Assembly: GCA_017608945.1 (NCBI GenBank)
Contig: JAFCEY010000003.1
Coordinates: forward strand, 1 to 37,845
Length of the DNA: 37,845 nucleotides
Origin: Candidatus Pacearchaeota archaeon
Lineage (GTDB): Archaea > Nanobdellota > Nanobdellia > Pacearchaeales > GW2011-AR1
Direction of reading: 5' to 3'
The first letter of the stretch is position 1. Every line of letters begins with the position of its first letter. The notes beneath the pieces were generated by a model. It did no database searches, was not told the origin of the DNA, and saw only the letters and a program-made list of their open reading frames with translations. The position numbers were made by a program, and so were the translations under genes. Below are positions 16,873-25,665 of this stretch, one piece after another.

Positions 16873-17496
16873 ATGAGAGATAAAAACCTCCAGCGTTTGG
16901 CTTGGTTTTCTAAGCTTTCCGCAACCAGTTTTATATTATTAATTAATCTTGTAAGCGCATATAATGGATTATATTATAAAAGATATTCTTTCAGCGAGAT
17001 TTTAAGTAATATAGACCCTTCTTTTATCACGTTGGGTTCAATTTTTATAATTTCTTTTGCAATTTTATTTTTCTCTCTTTCTAAGATTTTTAAAACAGAA
17101 GAACAAGGTAAAGCTATTCCAGGAGTGATAGCTTTTGCATTATCTTCCTTAATAACATATCAAATAAATAAAACAGGTTTTGATTTTAGCGGATTTTTTT
17201 CTAATATAGGTATTCCAAGAGAATTTTTTTCTGTTTTGCTTCCTATAATCCTTATTGGAGCAATAATTTTTTTGGTTGTTAAATTTAAAACTACCTCTCT
17301 GTTTATTTTAGGAGCAGGATTAATTTTATTATCTTTTACAAATCTAATTTATGCAAAGGGCATAATCTTTGTTATAGGAATAATTTTAGTGGGAGTTAGT
17401 TTATTGATTTGGAGAAAGAGAAGTAAAAAGGAAGGAAAATCACCTAAAAAAACAAAATTCATAAAAACAAAATTCAGAGATTGGGCAGGAATTTGA
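16873..17496 (+). CDS. Multipass membrane protein, possible third family member (C)
   Basis: Five or more hydrophobic helices. FSLSKIF...KAIPGVIAFAL resembles the SFSK-PIPLGISL block of member A. Basic tail WRKRSKKEGKSPKKTK. Its stop (17494-17496) directly abuts the FEN1 stop (17497-17499) on the opposite strand. Confidence 0.5.
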   Translation: MRDKNLQRLAWFSKLSATSFILLINLVSAYNGLYYKRYSFSEILSNIDPSFITLGSIFIISFAILFFSLSKIFKTEEQGKAIPGVIAFALSSLITYQINKTGFDFSGFFSNIGIPREFFSVLLPIILIGAIIFLVVKFKTTSLFILGAGLILLSFTNLIYAKGIIFVIGIILVGVSLLIWRKRSKKEGKSPKKTKFIKTKFRDWAGI

Positions 17497-18537
17497 TTAC
17501 ATCCAATTTTTTAGTCCTTTTTGTTTTGCTTTTTCTTTTGCTTCTTTGAGTTTTTCAAGTTGCTTTTCAACTCTTTCTTTAGAAAAATCATGCTCTTTAA
17601 CAAGAATTTTTTTTATTTTTGTCTCATCTATTTTTCCAAATCTAAAATCAACGTTTTTTACTCCGGCTTTGTGAAATAATTCAAAAATTTCCTTCCAATC
17701 AAACCTTTCCTGTTCAGGCAAACTCATGATTTGATCTTCAACACTTTTGAAAATTAAAACAGGTTGTTTATATTTTTGAACAATTTGTAATGCCTTTTTC
17801 TGCCCAATGCCGGGAACCCCTCGAGGATTGTAATCAGTTCCAACTAAAATTCCTAAACAAATTAATTGGTCTAGATTTATCTCTAGGAAATTTAAGGTTC
17901 TTTCCAATTCAATAATCTCTGGTTTTACTTCTACCCATCCAGAGATGGTTTTTCTTTTTCTGGCAAGTGTTAGATTCCTAATTAATCTTGGAGTTCCAAA
18001 AAGTAGGCTGTCATAATCTTGGCTTACACTTGCATATATTTCTTTTTTTGTTCTACAAAGATAAGCTGCCTCAGCTTCTCCTTCACTGGGAGCTTGAACA
18101 ACAGCAATTCCCATTGCCTCTAAAAGTTCCTTGCTTTCTTGAATCATCTCATCATTTAATCTTATTAACTGACTACTATATCTTTTCATTGCCCCAAAGT
18201 CTTTTTTTCTCTTAGCCTCTTCATATTTTTCTCTTGCTATATCTCTTCCCTCTTCTCTTTTTTCAAAAGTTTTAAATTTAAGTTCTGGAGCAACGCCATC
18301 AAAAACATAAATTAGCTTAATTCCCTCACAAAGAAGATTTACATTTCTATAAAAAATTCCTGATAAATGACTTGTAACTCTTTTTTTGCTATCCATTAAT
18401 GGAGTTCCATCAACCTGTCTTATGGTAGATAAAAACTGATATAATGTATTAAATGCGTCAACACATAAAATTTTTCCATTTAAATCAGAAATTTCAATTT
18501 CTCTGCGTGGAATTATCTCGCTAATATTTAAACCCAT
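17497..18537 (-). CDS. fen: Flap endonuclease 1
   Basis: MGLNISEIIP...ILCVDAFNTLYQFLSTIRQ.DGTPLMD, acidic active-site clusters (EGEAEAAYL, SQDYDSLLFG), H3TH motif GTDYN..GVPGIG, and a C-terminal PIP-like QKGLKNWM. Confidence 0.95.
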   Translation of the reverse strand: MGLNISEIIPRREIEISDLNGKILCVDAFNTLYQFLSTIRQVDGTPLMDSKKRVTSHLSGIFYRNVNLLCEGIKLIYVFDGVAPELKFKTFEKREEGRDIAREKYEEAKRKKDFGAMKRYSSQLIRLNDEMIQESKELLEAMGIAVVQAPSEGEAEAAYLCRTKKEIYASVSQDYDSLLFGTPRLIRNLTLARKRKTISGWVEVKPEIIELERTLNFLEINLDQLICLGILVGTDYNPRGVPGIGQKKALQIVQKYKQPVLIFKSVEDQIMSLPEQERFDWKEIFELFHKAGVKNVDFRFGKIDETKIKKILVKEHDFSKERVEKQLEKLKEAKEKAKQKGLKNWM

Positions 18538-18567
18538 ATTTTAAATAGGAATAGGAAATATAAATAA

Positions 18568-18930
18568 TTATCTTTTATTATATAATGCTTTGTAAGCAGA
18601 ATTATAGGTGTGTTGAAATGCAAGCCCTATCTGTGCATTAGGACAATCTTCAATTTTTTTACTTATGCCTTTTAAATTAGTATACTCCATAATTTCTTTT
18701 AATAAATATAATTTATCATCTACATCATCAAAAATAGCATCAGGATTTAATCCTAATTTATCTGTTTCTTCAACTAATTTTTGATATTTTTTAATTATAT
18801 CATGAGGATTGTCTCTTTTAATTGTTTTTTCTAAATCAGATAAGTAATTCTCTTTATCAAAATACTTTCTTATTTTGTCACTTACTTCCTTATCTATTTG
18901 ATATGTTCCTATTTCTTCTTCAACGTCCAT
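18568..18930 (-). CDS. Hypothetical acidic protein (120 aa)
   Basis: ATG ORF with a TATA-like acttataaatc (reverse complement of 18950-18960), whose tataaa core lies about 25 nt upstream of the ATG. No motif recognised. Confidence 0.45.
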   Translation of the reverse strand: MDVEEEIGTYQIDKEVSDKIRKYFDKENYLSDLEKTIKRDNPHDIIKKYQKLVEETDKLGLNPDAIFDDVDDKLYLLKEIMEYTNLKGISKKIEDCPNAQIGLAFQHTYNSAYKALYNKR

Positions 18931-19103
18931 AATCTAATTCTTGAATTGTGATTTATAAGTTTTGTGATTTTTAGTGCAACGATGCCGAAGGGAAAACCCT
19001 AAAAAATCATAGATTTTTGGCCAAAAACTGAGAGTTTTTTAGTAAATCAAATTTTTTTGAGAATGCTGTGTGTATTTAGAAATCATATTTTTCGAGTGGG
19101 AAT

Positions 19104-20405
19104 TTACTGTTTAGTCGGATCAACAACTCTGCCCCAAAATAAGATATTGCCTGTTTCTGTTTCTTGAATTATAAATATAAATGGATGGTCAGCTCTGAAA
19201 ACATTCCTGGGCATAGCAGCTGCTTCTTTCATTACTACTGCCGTTGCGGCAGCTGCTTCTGTTCCTTGTTCATCAACCTTAACAAAAGCTTGATGAATTA
19301 CTTGACTAATTTGTAAATTTCTTGTTCCGTCCATACCCGAAAAATCAGCAGCACCAAATGCAGTAGGCATCCCCATTGCACTTAGTGTTTCTTTCATAAA
19401 ATACTTAGTATCAAGTTCAAATTTTGGAAGTGAAATTGAGTCTAATTTTGTTTCTTGCATTTGTGCTTTATATTCATTAAGTTTTTCAGCAGATAATTCT
19501 ATGTCTTCAAGAGTATAGTTCGAAACAACTCTCTCTCCTGTTTCAAAATCATAATCTTCTCCCTGTTTTGGCAATAAAACCAACATTGAAATCTTTTCAC
19601 CTTTATAAGGAAGTTCTAATATCTGCAATTTTTCTAAGTCTGCATAATTAAATCTTGCTTTATCGGGTTCCATATACATCATAGGAGTTTTTACAATATT
19701 ATTAGGTGTTACCTTAAAATCCTGTTCACGAGTATCAGATTTATCAAATTCCCACTCCCAAGTTCCTTTGAAATAAATTGCATTTGTAAGAACCAACCTT
19801 GTCATTGGACTTAAAACTCCTTCTGGAATTAAATCTTTAATCTTATTATTGGTTTGTTCTTCAATAAATGAGTTAATTGTCTGTCTTGATTTTTCTGTTT
19901 CTTGCTTAAAATCAAGATTGGCTACCTTGCCACCATAATATTTTTCTACTCTGTTTGTGTAATTTTCAAGAAATTTATAATCATATTGAGCCCATAAAGC
20001 ATTACCTGTTCTTAATTCATAAGCTTTATTCCCTCTATTGATTTCATTGTAAATTGCAGCAAAATTTGGTCTTAAAATATTGCTTTCAGGAAAGTGAAAA
20101 ACTGATTTCATCTCTTCTGCAGTTTGTCCTTTTGCGCCTTCATAAGTCATTGCTAAAGCAGCAGAGATACTATAAGGTGAATAAAAAATATTTCCTTGTT
20201 CTGATTTATCTAATTCTGAATAAAGCTCAAAAGCAAATTGATTATTTGCATTTACCACTTCTTGAATTCCACTTTGTGTTGAGCCAGTATCATCTGCTTT
20301 TGGCGGTTGATTAGGTTGATAAGGGTAAAGAAACAATACTGCGGAAGCTGTTACAATAGCAACCATTAGTAGTGCTATTCCAAATGTTAAAAAATTTTTA
20401 TTCAT
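19104..20405 (-). CDS. Serpin (inhibitory type by hinge sequence) with N-terminal membrane anchor or signal
   Basis: Reactive-centre hinge EQGTEAAAATAVV followed by FRADHPFIFII, plus serpin blocks SPYSISAALAMTYEGAKG and NAIYFKGTWEWEF. N-terminal hydrophobic FLTFGIALLMVAIVTASAVLF. The track start at 20420 is TTG; the ATG at 20405 is used here. Confidence 0.9.
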   Translation of the reverse strand: MNKNFLTFGIALLMVAIVTASAVLFLYPYQPNQPPKADDTGSTQSGIQEVVNANNQFAFELYSELDKSEQGNIFYSPYSISAALAMTYEGAKGQTAEEMKSVFHFPESNILRPNFAAIYNEINRGNKAYELRTGNALWAQYDYKFLENYTNRVEKYYGGKVANLDFKQETEKSRQTINSFIEEQTNNKIKDLIPEGVLSPMTRLVLTNAIYFKGTWEWEFDKSDTREQDFKVTPNNIVKTPMMYMEPDKARFNYADLEKLQILELPYKGEKISMLVLLPKQGEDYDFETGERVVSNYTLEDIELSAEKLNEYKAQMQETKLDSISLPKFELDTKYFMKETLSAMGMPTAFGAADFSGMDGTRNLQISQVIHQAFVKVDEQGTEAAAATAVVMKEAAAMPRNVFRADHPFIFIIQETETGNILFWGRVVDPTKQ

Positions 20406-20603
20406 ATAATAGAATATCAAATTAAGTAATATATAAATGTTTTTTTAAGTTCAAATTGAATTAAAGTTAGGATAGGGAAAAAATATTGTTTCTATTAATT
20501 TCAATGTTCAGCAAACCGAAAAATCCAAAGTTGGGGATTTGTCGTTCATCAAGCATAGAGTGCCATAAAATAGGCGCATCTAGGGGCTCGGGCAAAATTA
20601 TAA

Positions 20604-20861
20604 ATTGTAGTATTCAGATTGAAACACAAAAATCCTTCAAGTGTTAGAAAAGATTTATCTTCAATAAAATTCTTTTTGAAATATATTAAAACAAAAGCTA
20701 GTCTCTCTAATCCAAAGAAGAACAACACTCTCCCAAATATTTTAACAACTGAAGAAATTAATGGAAATTATCTATTTGAATCTAATCGTGGAGGTAAGTT
20801 GACTAAAAAAACAATTGGAAAGATAGTTCAAAACTCTGCTAAAAAAGCAAGCATCAATTAA
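20604..20861 (+). pseudogene. Relic of a tyrosine recombinase/integrase (XerC/D-like), truncated at both ends and internally deleted
   Basis: No ATG; the frame opens after a stop at 20601-20603. KNPSSVRKDLSSIKFFLKYI resembles the core-binding (SAM-like) domain helix. LPNILTTEEI resembles the start of the catalytic domain, and LFESNRGGKLTKKTIGKIVQNSAKKASI resembles the segment just before the HxLRH box. The R, H-x-x-R and Y catalytic residues are all missing, and the ORF stops 31 nt before the polB ATG. Confidence 0.55.
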
Positions 20862-20870
20862 AAATATAAA
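20862..20870 (+). promoter_or_regulatory. Candidate TATA box (aaatataaa) for polB
   Basis: Centred ~27 nt upstream of the ATG at 20893. Confidence 0.4.
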
Positions 20871-20892
20871 GTCTTTTTTGATAATTTATAAT

Positions 20893-23367
20893 ATGAAAAC
20901 AGACTTTATTCCAATAGATTATGATTATTTTGATTTTCAGGGAAGAAACTATACAAAAATAATCGGAAGAAATTCTAAAGGCAAAAGAATTTGTGTTATT
21001 GATTCTTGTCCTGTTTATTTCTGGGCAATTTTGAAAGAAGGTTTAAAACAAGGAAAAATAGAAAAACTTATTGAGAAAATAAAAAAAATAAAATTAGACA
21101 TAAAAGGCAGGCAAACAAAAGTTGAAAAAGTTGAACTGCATGATAAAAATTTTCTTGGAAAAAAAGTTAGAGCTTTGAAGATTTTCGCAACAAATTACAA
21201 GGATTTACATGACATTGCTGACAGGCTTGGATTGCCAGAAATAGAAAAAAGAAGAGGATATGACCTTGGCTTTATAACTCATTACATTATAGAAAAAAAA
21301 CTTAATCCTTTACAATGGTATGAAATTGAAGGGGAAATAATAGATAATACCACCGAGTTTAACGGAATTGCCCAAGAATTAGATGTTGATTTTTGTATCA
21401 AAGTAGAGAATATTAAAAAACTTGAAAAAGAAGATTTTAAACTAAAAATCTTAACTTTTGACATTGAAGCAGATGAATTTAAGATAGGAGAAGGAGAAAT
21501 ATTAATGATCTCTCTTGTTTCAGAAAATTTTAGAAAAGTAATAACATGGAAAACCTCACCAAAATTTATAAAACATGATTATATAGAGTTTGTAAAAAAT
21601 GAAGCAGAACTTTTAGAGAAGTTTGTCGAATATGTAAAGAAAATTTCTCCTGATTTTCTTGTTGGATATTTTTCAGATGGATTTGATTTGCCATATTTAA
21701 AAGCAAGAGCAGAGAAAAATAAAATAAAATTGTCTTTAGGATTAGATGAAAGTCAGCCAAGATTTTTTAGAGGAGCAATTTCTACAGGAAAAATATTTGG
21801 AATAGTTCATATTGATTTGTTAAAATTTATTCAAACTGCTTACTCCCAATATATGCAATCAGAAACATTATCTTTAAATGAAGTTGCAAAGGAATTTTTA
21901 GGTGAGAAAAAAAAGGATTTTGAATTTAAACATTCATCAAAATTAAATGGAAAAGATTGGGAGAATTATTTTGAATATAATTTATACGATTCTATTCTTG
22001 TTTATAATTTATTTCAAAAATTTTGGCAAGACCTTTTGGAATTTACAAGAATAATGCAGGAGCCAGTGTTTGATGTTTCAAGAAACGGCATGTCAAATAA
22101 TGTTGAAGATTATATTTTGCATAATTTAGATAAGTTTAATGAAATACCAGAAAAAAGACCGACTTATGATGAAATCTCAAAAAGAAGAAAAAGACTTCCT
22201 TATAAGGGGGCTTTTGTTTTGCAACCTCAAGCAGGGCTTTATGAAAATTTAGCAGTATTTGATTTTACGAGCAGTTATGGAAGTATTATTGTAACATACA
22301 ATTTATCAAAATCGACTCTTTTGGAGAAGCCAGAAAAAGATTCTTATAGTATAGATATAGATAAGAGAAAAGTGTTTTTTTCAAAAGAACCAGGCTTTTT
22401 TCCTCAAATGTTAAAGGAAATAATCAAAAAAAGAAGACAATATAAAAAAGAATTAAAACAAAAACCAGATCCAGTGAAGAGAGCAAGGAGCAATGCATTT
22501 AAACTTTTAGCAAACGCATCTTATGGTTATTTAGGTTTTTTTGGAGCAAGATATTATTGTGAAGAAGCAGCTGCAGCAACAGCAGCTTTTGCAAGAAAAG
22601 CAATAAAAGAAGCTATAGAAAAAACAAATAAAGCTGGCTTCTCTGTGATATATGCCGACACTGATGGTTTTGCCTTCACTTTAAATAAGAAAACAAAATC
22701 CCGAACTTTAGATTTTTTGAAAAAATTGAATTCTCAACTTCCAGGGATAATGGAATTAGAGATAGAAGACTTTTACAAAAGAGGTATTTGGGTGACAAAA
22801 AGAACAGGAGAATTTGGAGCAAAAAAGAAATATGCATTAATTAATGAAAAAGGGAAACTCAAAATAAGAGGATTTGAGACTGTTAGAAGAGATTGGTGTA
22901 ATTTAGCAAGAGAAATTCAGAATAAAGTAATACGCCAAATCTTGAAAGATGGAAATGAGAAAAAAGCTTTAGAATATGTTAAAAAAATAATTAAACAAAT
23001 AAAAAAAAGAGAAATAGATAAAAGACAGATGATAATAAGGACTCAATTAAAAAAACCTCTTTCTGAGTATAAGGCTATTTCTCCTCATGTTATTGCAGCA
23101 AAAAAAATGAGAGAAAGAGAGATGCCTATTGATCCTGGAAGTTTGATAGAGTATTATATAGCAGAAGCAAAATCTGGAAAAAAAGCCAAGCTTATAAGAG
23201 AAAGAGTAAAGCTTCCTGATGAAAAAGGAGAGTATGATGTTGAATATTATCTAAAACATCAAATACTTCCTGCAGTTGAAAACATCTTCCAGGTTTTTAA
23301 CATTGATGTGAAGGAAATTATGGATGGAAAAAAACAGACAAAGTTAGGAGATTTTAAAAAGCATTAA
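20893..23367 (+). CDS. polB: Family B DNA polymerase
   Basis: Exo I FDIEAD, Exo II GYFSDGFDLPYL, Exo III YNLYDS, motif A DFTSSYGSII, motif B KLLANASYGY, motif C YADTDG, and a C-terminal PIP-like QTKLGDF. The track start at 20878 is TTG; the ATG at 20893 is used. No intein-sized insertion. Confidence 0.95.
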   Translation: MKTDFIPIDYDYFDFQGRNYTKIIGRNSKGKRICVIDSCPVYFWAILKEGLKQGKIEKLIEKIKKIKLDIKGRQTKVEKVELHDKNFLGKKVRALKIFATNYKDLHDIADRLGLPEIEKRRGYDLGFITHYIIEKKLNPLQWYEIEGEIIDNTTEFNGIAQELDVDFCIKVENIKKLEKEDFKLKILTFDIEADEFKIGEGEILMISLVSENFRKVITWKTSPKFIKHDYIEFVKNEAELLEKFVEYVKKISPDFLVGYFSDGFDLPYLKARAEKNKIKLSLGLDESQPRFFRGAISTGKIFGIVHIDLLKFIQTAYSQYMQSETLSLNEVAKEFLGEKKKDFEFKHSSKLNGKDWENYFEYNLYDSILVYNLFQKFWQDLLEFTRIMQEPVFDVSRNGMSNNVEDYILHNLDKFNEIPEKRPTYDEISKRRKRLPYKGAFVLQPQAGLYENLAVFDFTSSYGSIIVTYNLSKSTLLEKPEKDSYSIDIDKRKVFFSKEPGFFPQMLKEIIKKRRQYKKELKQKPDPVKRARSNAFKLLANASYGYLGFFGARYYCEEAAAATAAFARKAIKEAIEKTNKAGFSVIYADTDGFAFTLNKKTKSRTLDFLKKLNSQLPGIMELEIEDFYKRGIWVTKRTGEFGAKKKYALINEKGKLKIRGFETVRRDWCNLAREIQNKVIRQILKDGNEKKALEYVKKIIKQIKKREIDKRQMIIRTQLKKPLSEYKAISPHVIAAKKMREREMPIDPGSLIEYYIAEAKSGKKAKLIRERVKLPDEKGEYDVEYYLKHQILPAVENIFQVFNIDVKEIMDGKKQTKLGDFKKH

Positions 23368-23391
23368 AAACCTCTTTATTTTTTAATTATT

Positions 23392-24528
23392 ATGAAAAAA
23401 ACAGACTATCAACTAAAGCCTCTTTTTTTTGAGAGAATGCAACTTCTTCTTTCAAATGAGAAGGATTTTAATAATTATTTAAAAATTTTAAAAAAACCTG
23501 TAGTAAATTTTATCCGTTGTAACACATTAAAAATTTCTCCAGAAAAATTAAAAAAAAGATTAGAGAATAAAGGATGGAAAATAGAGCAGCCTTTTAAAAA
23601 ATATCCAGAGATAATGATTGTTGAGGGAAAATTTGCAGAAACTAAAGTTTCTGATATGGAAGAGGTTAATAAGAAAAAAAATTCTAAGAATCGTGATGAA
23701 AGTAATGAGCAGAGTACTAATTACAAAAATGTTAAACAAAGTTCTCCTTTTAATAATATATCAAAAAAATCCGAGCGACAAGGGTCGCGAACAATTATTC
23801 CTCTTGAACCAGGCGAACTTGGAAGAAGCTTAGAACATTTGCTTGGTTATTATTATATTCAAGAAATTGCAAGCATGCTTCCCATTATTGCTTTAAAGCC
23901 AAAGCCAAATGAAATTATTTTGGATTTGTGTGCTGCTCCTGGAAGCAAAACAACTCAGATGTCTGCTTTTATGAAAAATAAAGGAACAATAATTGCAAAT
24001 GACATCTCTTTATCGAGGATAAAAATCCTCGCATCAAATCTTGAAAGATGTGGCTGTTCAAATATTATAATAACAAAAAAAGAAGGTTTTGCATTATGTC
24101 AAAAGTTCATAAAACAAAATTTTCAATTTGATAAAATTCTTTTAGATGTTCCGTGTTCAGGAGAAGGGACCTTAAGAAACAATCCAAAAACAGCTTTGAT
24201 GTGGAATGTAAATTCTATAAAAAAATTTTCATGGTTACAAAAAAAACTTATTGTTTCTGCTTTAAAGATTTTAGGGCCTAATGGTATATTAGTATATAGC
24301 ACCTGCACACATGCACCAGAAGAAAATGAAGAAGTTATTGATTTTGCTTTGAGAAATTTTAAAAATATTAAAATAGAATCTACAAATTTGCCTGTTAAAT
24401 GCAGGCAAGGAATTACAAAATGGCAAAATAGAACTTATGTTGATGATGTAAAAAAATTATGTAGAATTTATCCTCAAGACAATAATACTGGAGGATTTTT
24501 TATTGCGAAGTTGAGGAAAGTAAAATGA
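23392..24528 (+). CDS. NOL1/NOP2/Sun-family RNA (cytosine-C5)-methyltransferase
   Basis: GYYYIQEIASMLP, SAM loop LDLCAAPGSKT, motif IV DVPCSGEGT and motif VI YSTCT (the two catalytic Cys). Carries a low-complexity insert before the catalytic core (see findings). Confidence 0.85.
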   Translation: MKKTDYQLKPLFFERMQLLLSNEKDFNNYLKILKKPVVNFIRCNTLKISPEKLKKRLENKGWKIEQPFKKYPEIMIVEGKFAETKVSDMEEVNKKKNSKNRDESNEQSTNYKNVKQSSPFNNISKKSERQGSRTIIPLEPGELGRSLEHLLGYYYIQEIASMLPIIALKPKPNEIILDLCAAPGSKTTQMSAFMKNKGTIIANDISLSRIKILASNLERCGCSNIIITKKEGFALCQKFIKQNFQFDKILLDVPCSGEGTLRNNPKTALMWNVNSIKKFSWLQKKLIVSALKILGPNGILVYSTCTHAPEENEEVIDFALRNFKNIKIESTNLPVKCRQGITKWQNRTYVDDVKKLCRIYPQDNNTGGFFIAKLRKVK

Positions 24529-24992
24529 CTCTAAAAATCCTAAACAAAAAAGAAAAACGAGAAATTGAAACAAAGCTTAAAAGCCAATTTGGAATAAAAA
24601 AAATTCCTGGATTGCTTATAAAGACAGGAAAAGAAAAATTATTTCTTTTTTCAGGAAATTTTGGTAATGAAGATATAAAAAAATTTGAAAAGCAAATTTT
24701 TATTGAAAAAATTGGAATTTATTTTGCAAAATTTATTCCTGGTGAAAATGTTATAAAATTAAGTATTGAAGGAACCCAAATCTTGAAAAGTCAGATAAAG
24801 AAAAATATTTTAGAGATTAATGAAAAACAAGAAGAACAATGGATGAAAGGACAGGATTTACAGATTCAAATAAGGAAAAAAGGATTTTTAATTATAAAAC
24901 ATGGAAATGATTTTTTAGGATGCGGAAAAGTTTCAGAGAAAAAAATAGGAAATTTTATTCCTAAATCAAGAAGATTAAAAGAAAAAGGTTAA
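24525..24992 (+). CDS. Stand-alone PUA-like RNA-binding module (RsmF C-terminal-domain-like / Nip7-like)
   Basis: ATGA overlap with the methyltransferase stop. The C-terminal half QWMKGQDL...GFLIIKHGNDFLGCGKVSEKKIGNFIPKSRRL resembles the PUA tail of RsmF-type enzymes (..LG.GK....lKN.yPKglR), by memory only. Confidence 0.5.
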   Translation: MTLKILNKKEKREIETKLKSQFGIKKIPGLLIKTGKEKLFLFSGNFGNEDIKKFEKQIFIEKIGIYFAKFIPGENVIKLSIEGTQILKSQIKKNILEINEKQEEQWMKGQDLQIQIRKKGFLIIKHGNDFLGCGKVSEKKIGNFIPKSRRLKEKG

Positions 24993-24993
24993 A

Positions 24994-25665
24994 ATGTTGG
25001 CTGAACTGGAAAGAAGAATTGAAGATGTGGATATTTTAACAGATTTTGATGAAACAATTATTAAAGAGAATAGTTATTATCTTCAATATTTTGCATATTT
25101 ATCTTATTTAATTTATAATTTAAAATTAGGAAAATTTGCAGAAAACCTCCTAAAAAGCATAAAAATTAGAAATGAATTTAAAAAAGATGAGAATTTTTTT
25201 GCTCTTTATTCCATTTTTGAAGGATGCCCAGTAGAAGTTTTAGACAAAACTGTAAAGAGATTAAATCAAAATGAAGAATGGGAAAATTTAATTGAAAAAT
25301 TAAATCTAGAGAAAATTGGGATTGTAAGTAGAAATAATTATAGAATTATTCATAATTATTTAAAAAACCTGAAAGAAAAGAAGACAAAAATTAATATAGT
25401 AGCAGCTAATATTCTAAAAATAAAAGAAAATTTTTATACAGGAGAAGTTAAAATAAATGTGAATAATAAAAACTTAATAGATTTTGTAAAAAAGAAAGAA
25501 TATATTTGTGGCAAGGATGAAAAGAGAATTTTAGAAAATTATAATGGCTTAAATTTTGAAAAAATGAAATCTGGATTATATGTCTTTTATAAGAAATCTT
25601 TTAGTGGCTTTGATTTTAAAGAACCATCAAAAAATAAAATTTTAGTAGGAAATAATATCAGATAA
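24994..25665 (+). CDS. HAD-superfamily hydrolase-like protein
   Basis: Motif I DFDET (ILTDFDETIIKE) near the N-terminus and a motif II-like IGIVSRN. Later motifs are weak. Starts 1 nt after the previous stop. Confidence 0.45.
   Translation: MLAELERRIEDVDILTDFDETIIKENSYYLQYFAYLSYLIYNLKLGKFAENLLKSIKIRNEFKKDENFFALYSIFEGCPVEVLDKTVKRLNQNEEWENLIEKLNLEKIGIVSRNNYRIIHNYLKNLKEKKTKINIVAANILKIKENFYTGEVKINVNNKNLIDFVKKKEYICGKDEKRILENYNGLNFEKMKSGLYVFYKKSFSGFDFKEPSKNKILVGNNIR

Noticed and set aside
20503-20556. Possible C/D-box sRNA on the minus strand (UUGAUGA ... 34 nt ... CUGA with a 3-bp terminal stem) inside the G+C-richer patch next to the integrase relic
   Set aside because: The C box starts with U instead of a purine. 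No internal D' or C' boxes are visible. The 34-nt spacing is shorter than the ~38-43 nt expected for a two-guide archaeal C/D RNA. The patch is more likely relic or att-type DNA, although a covariance-model scan would settle it.
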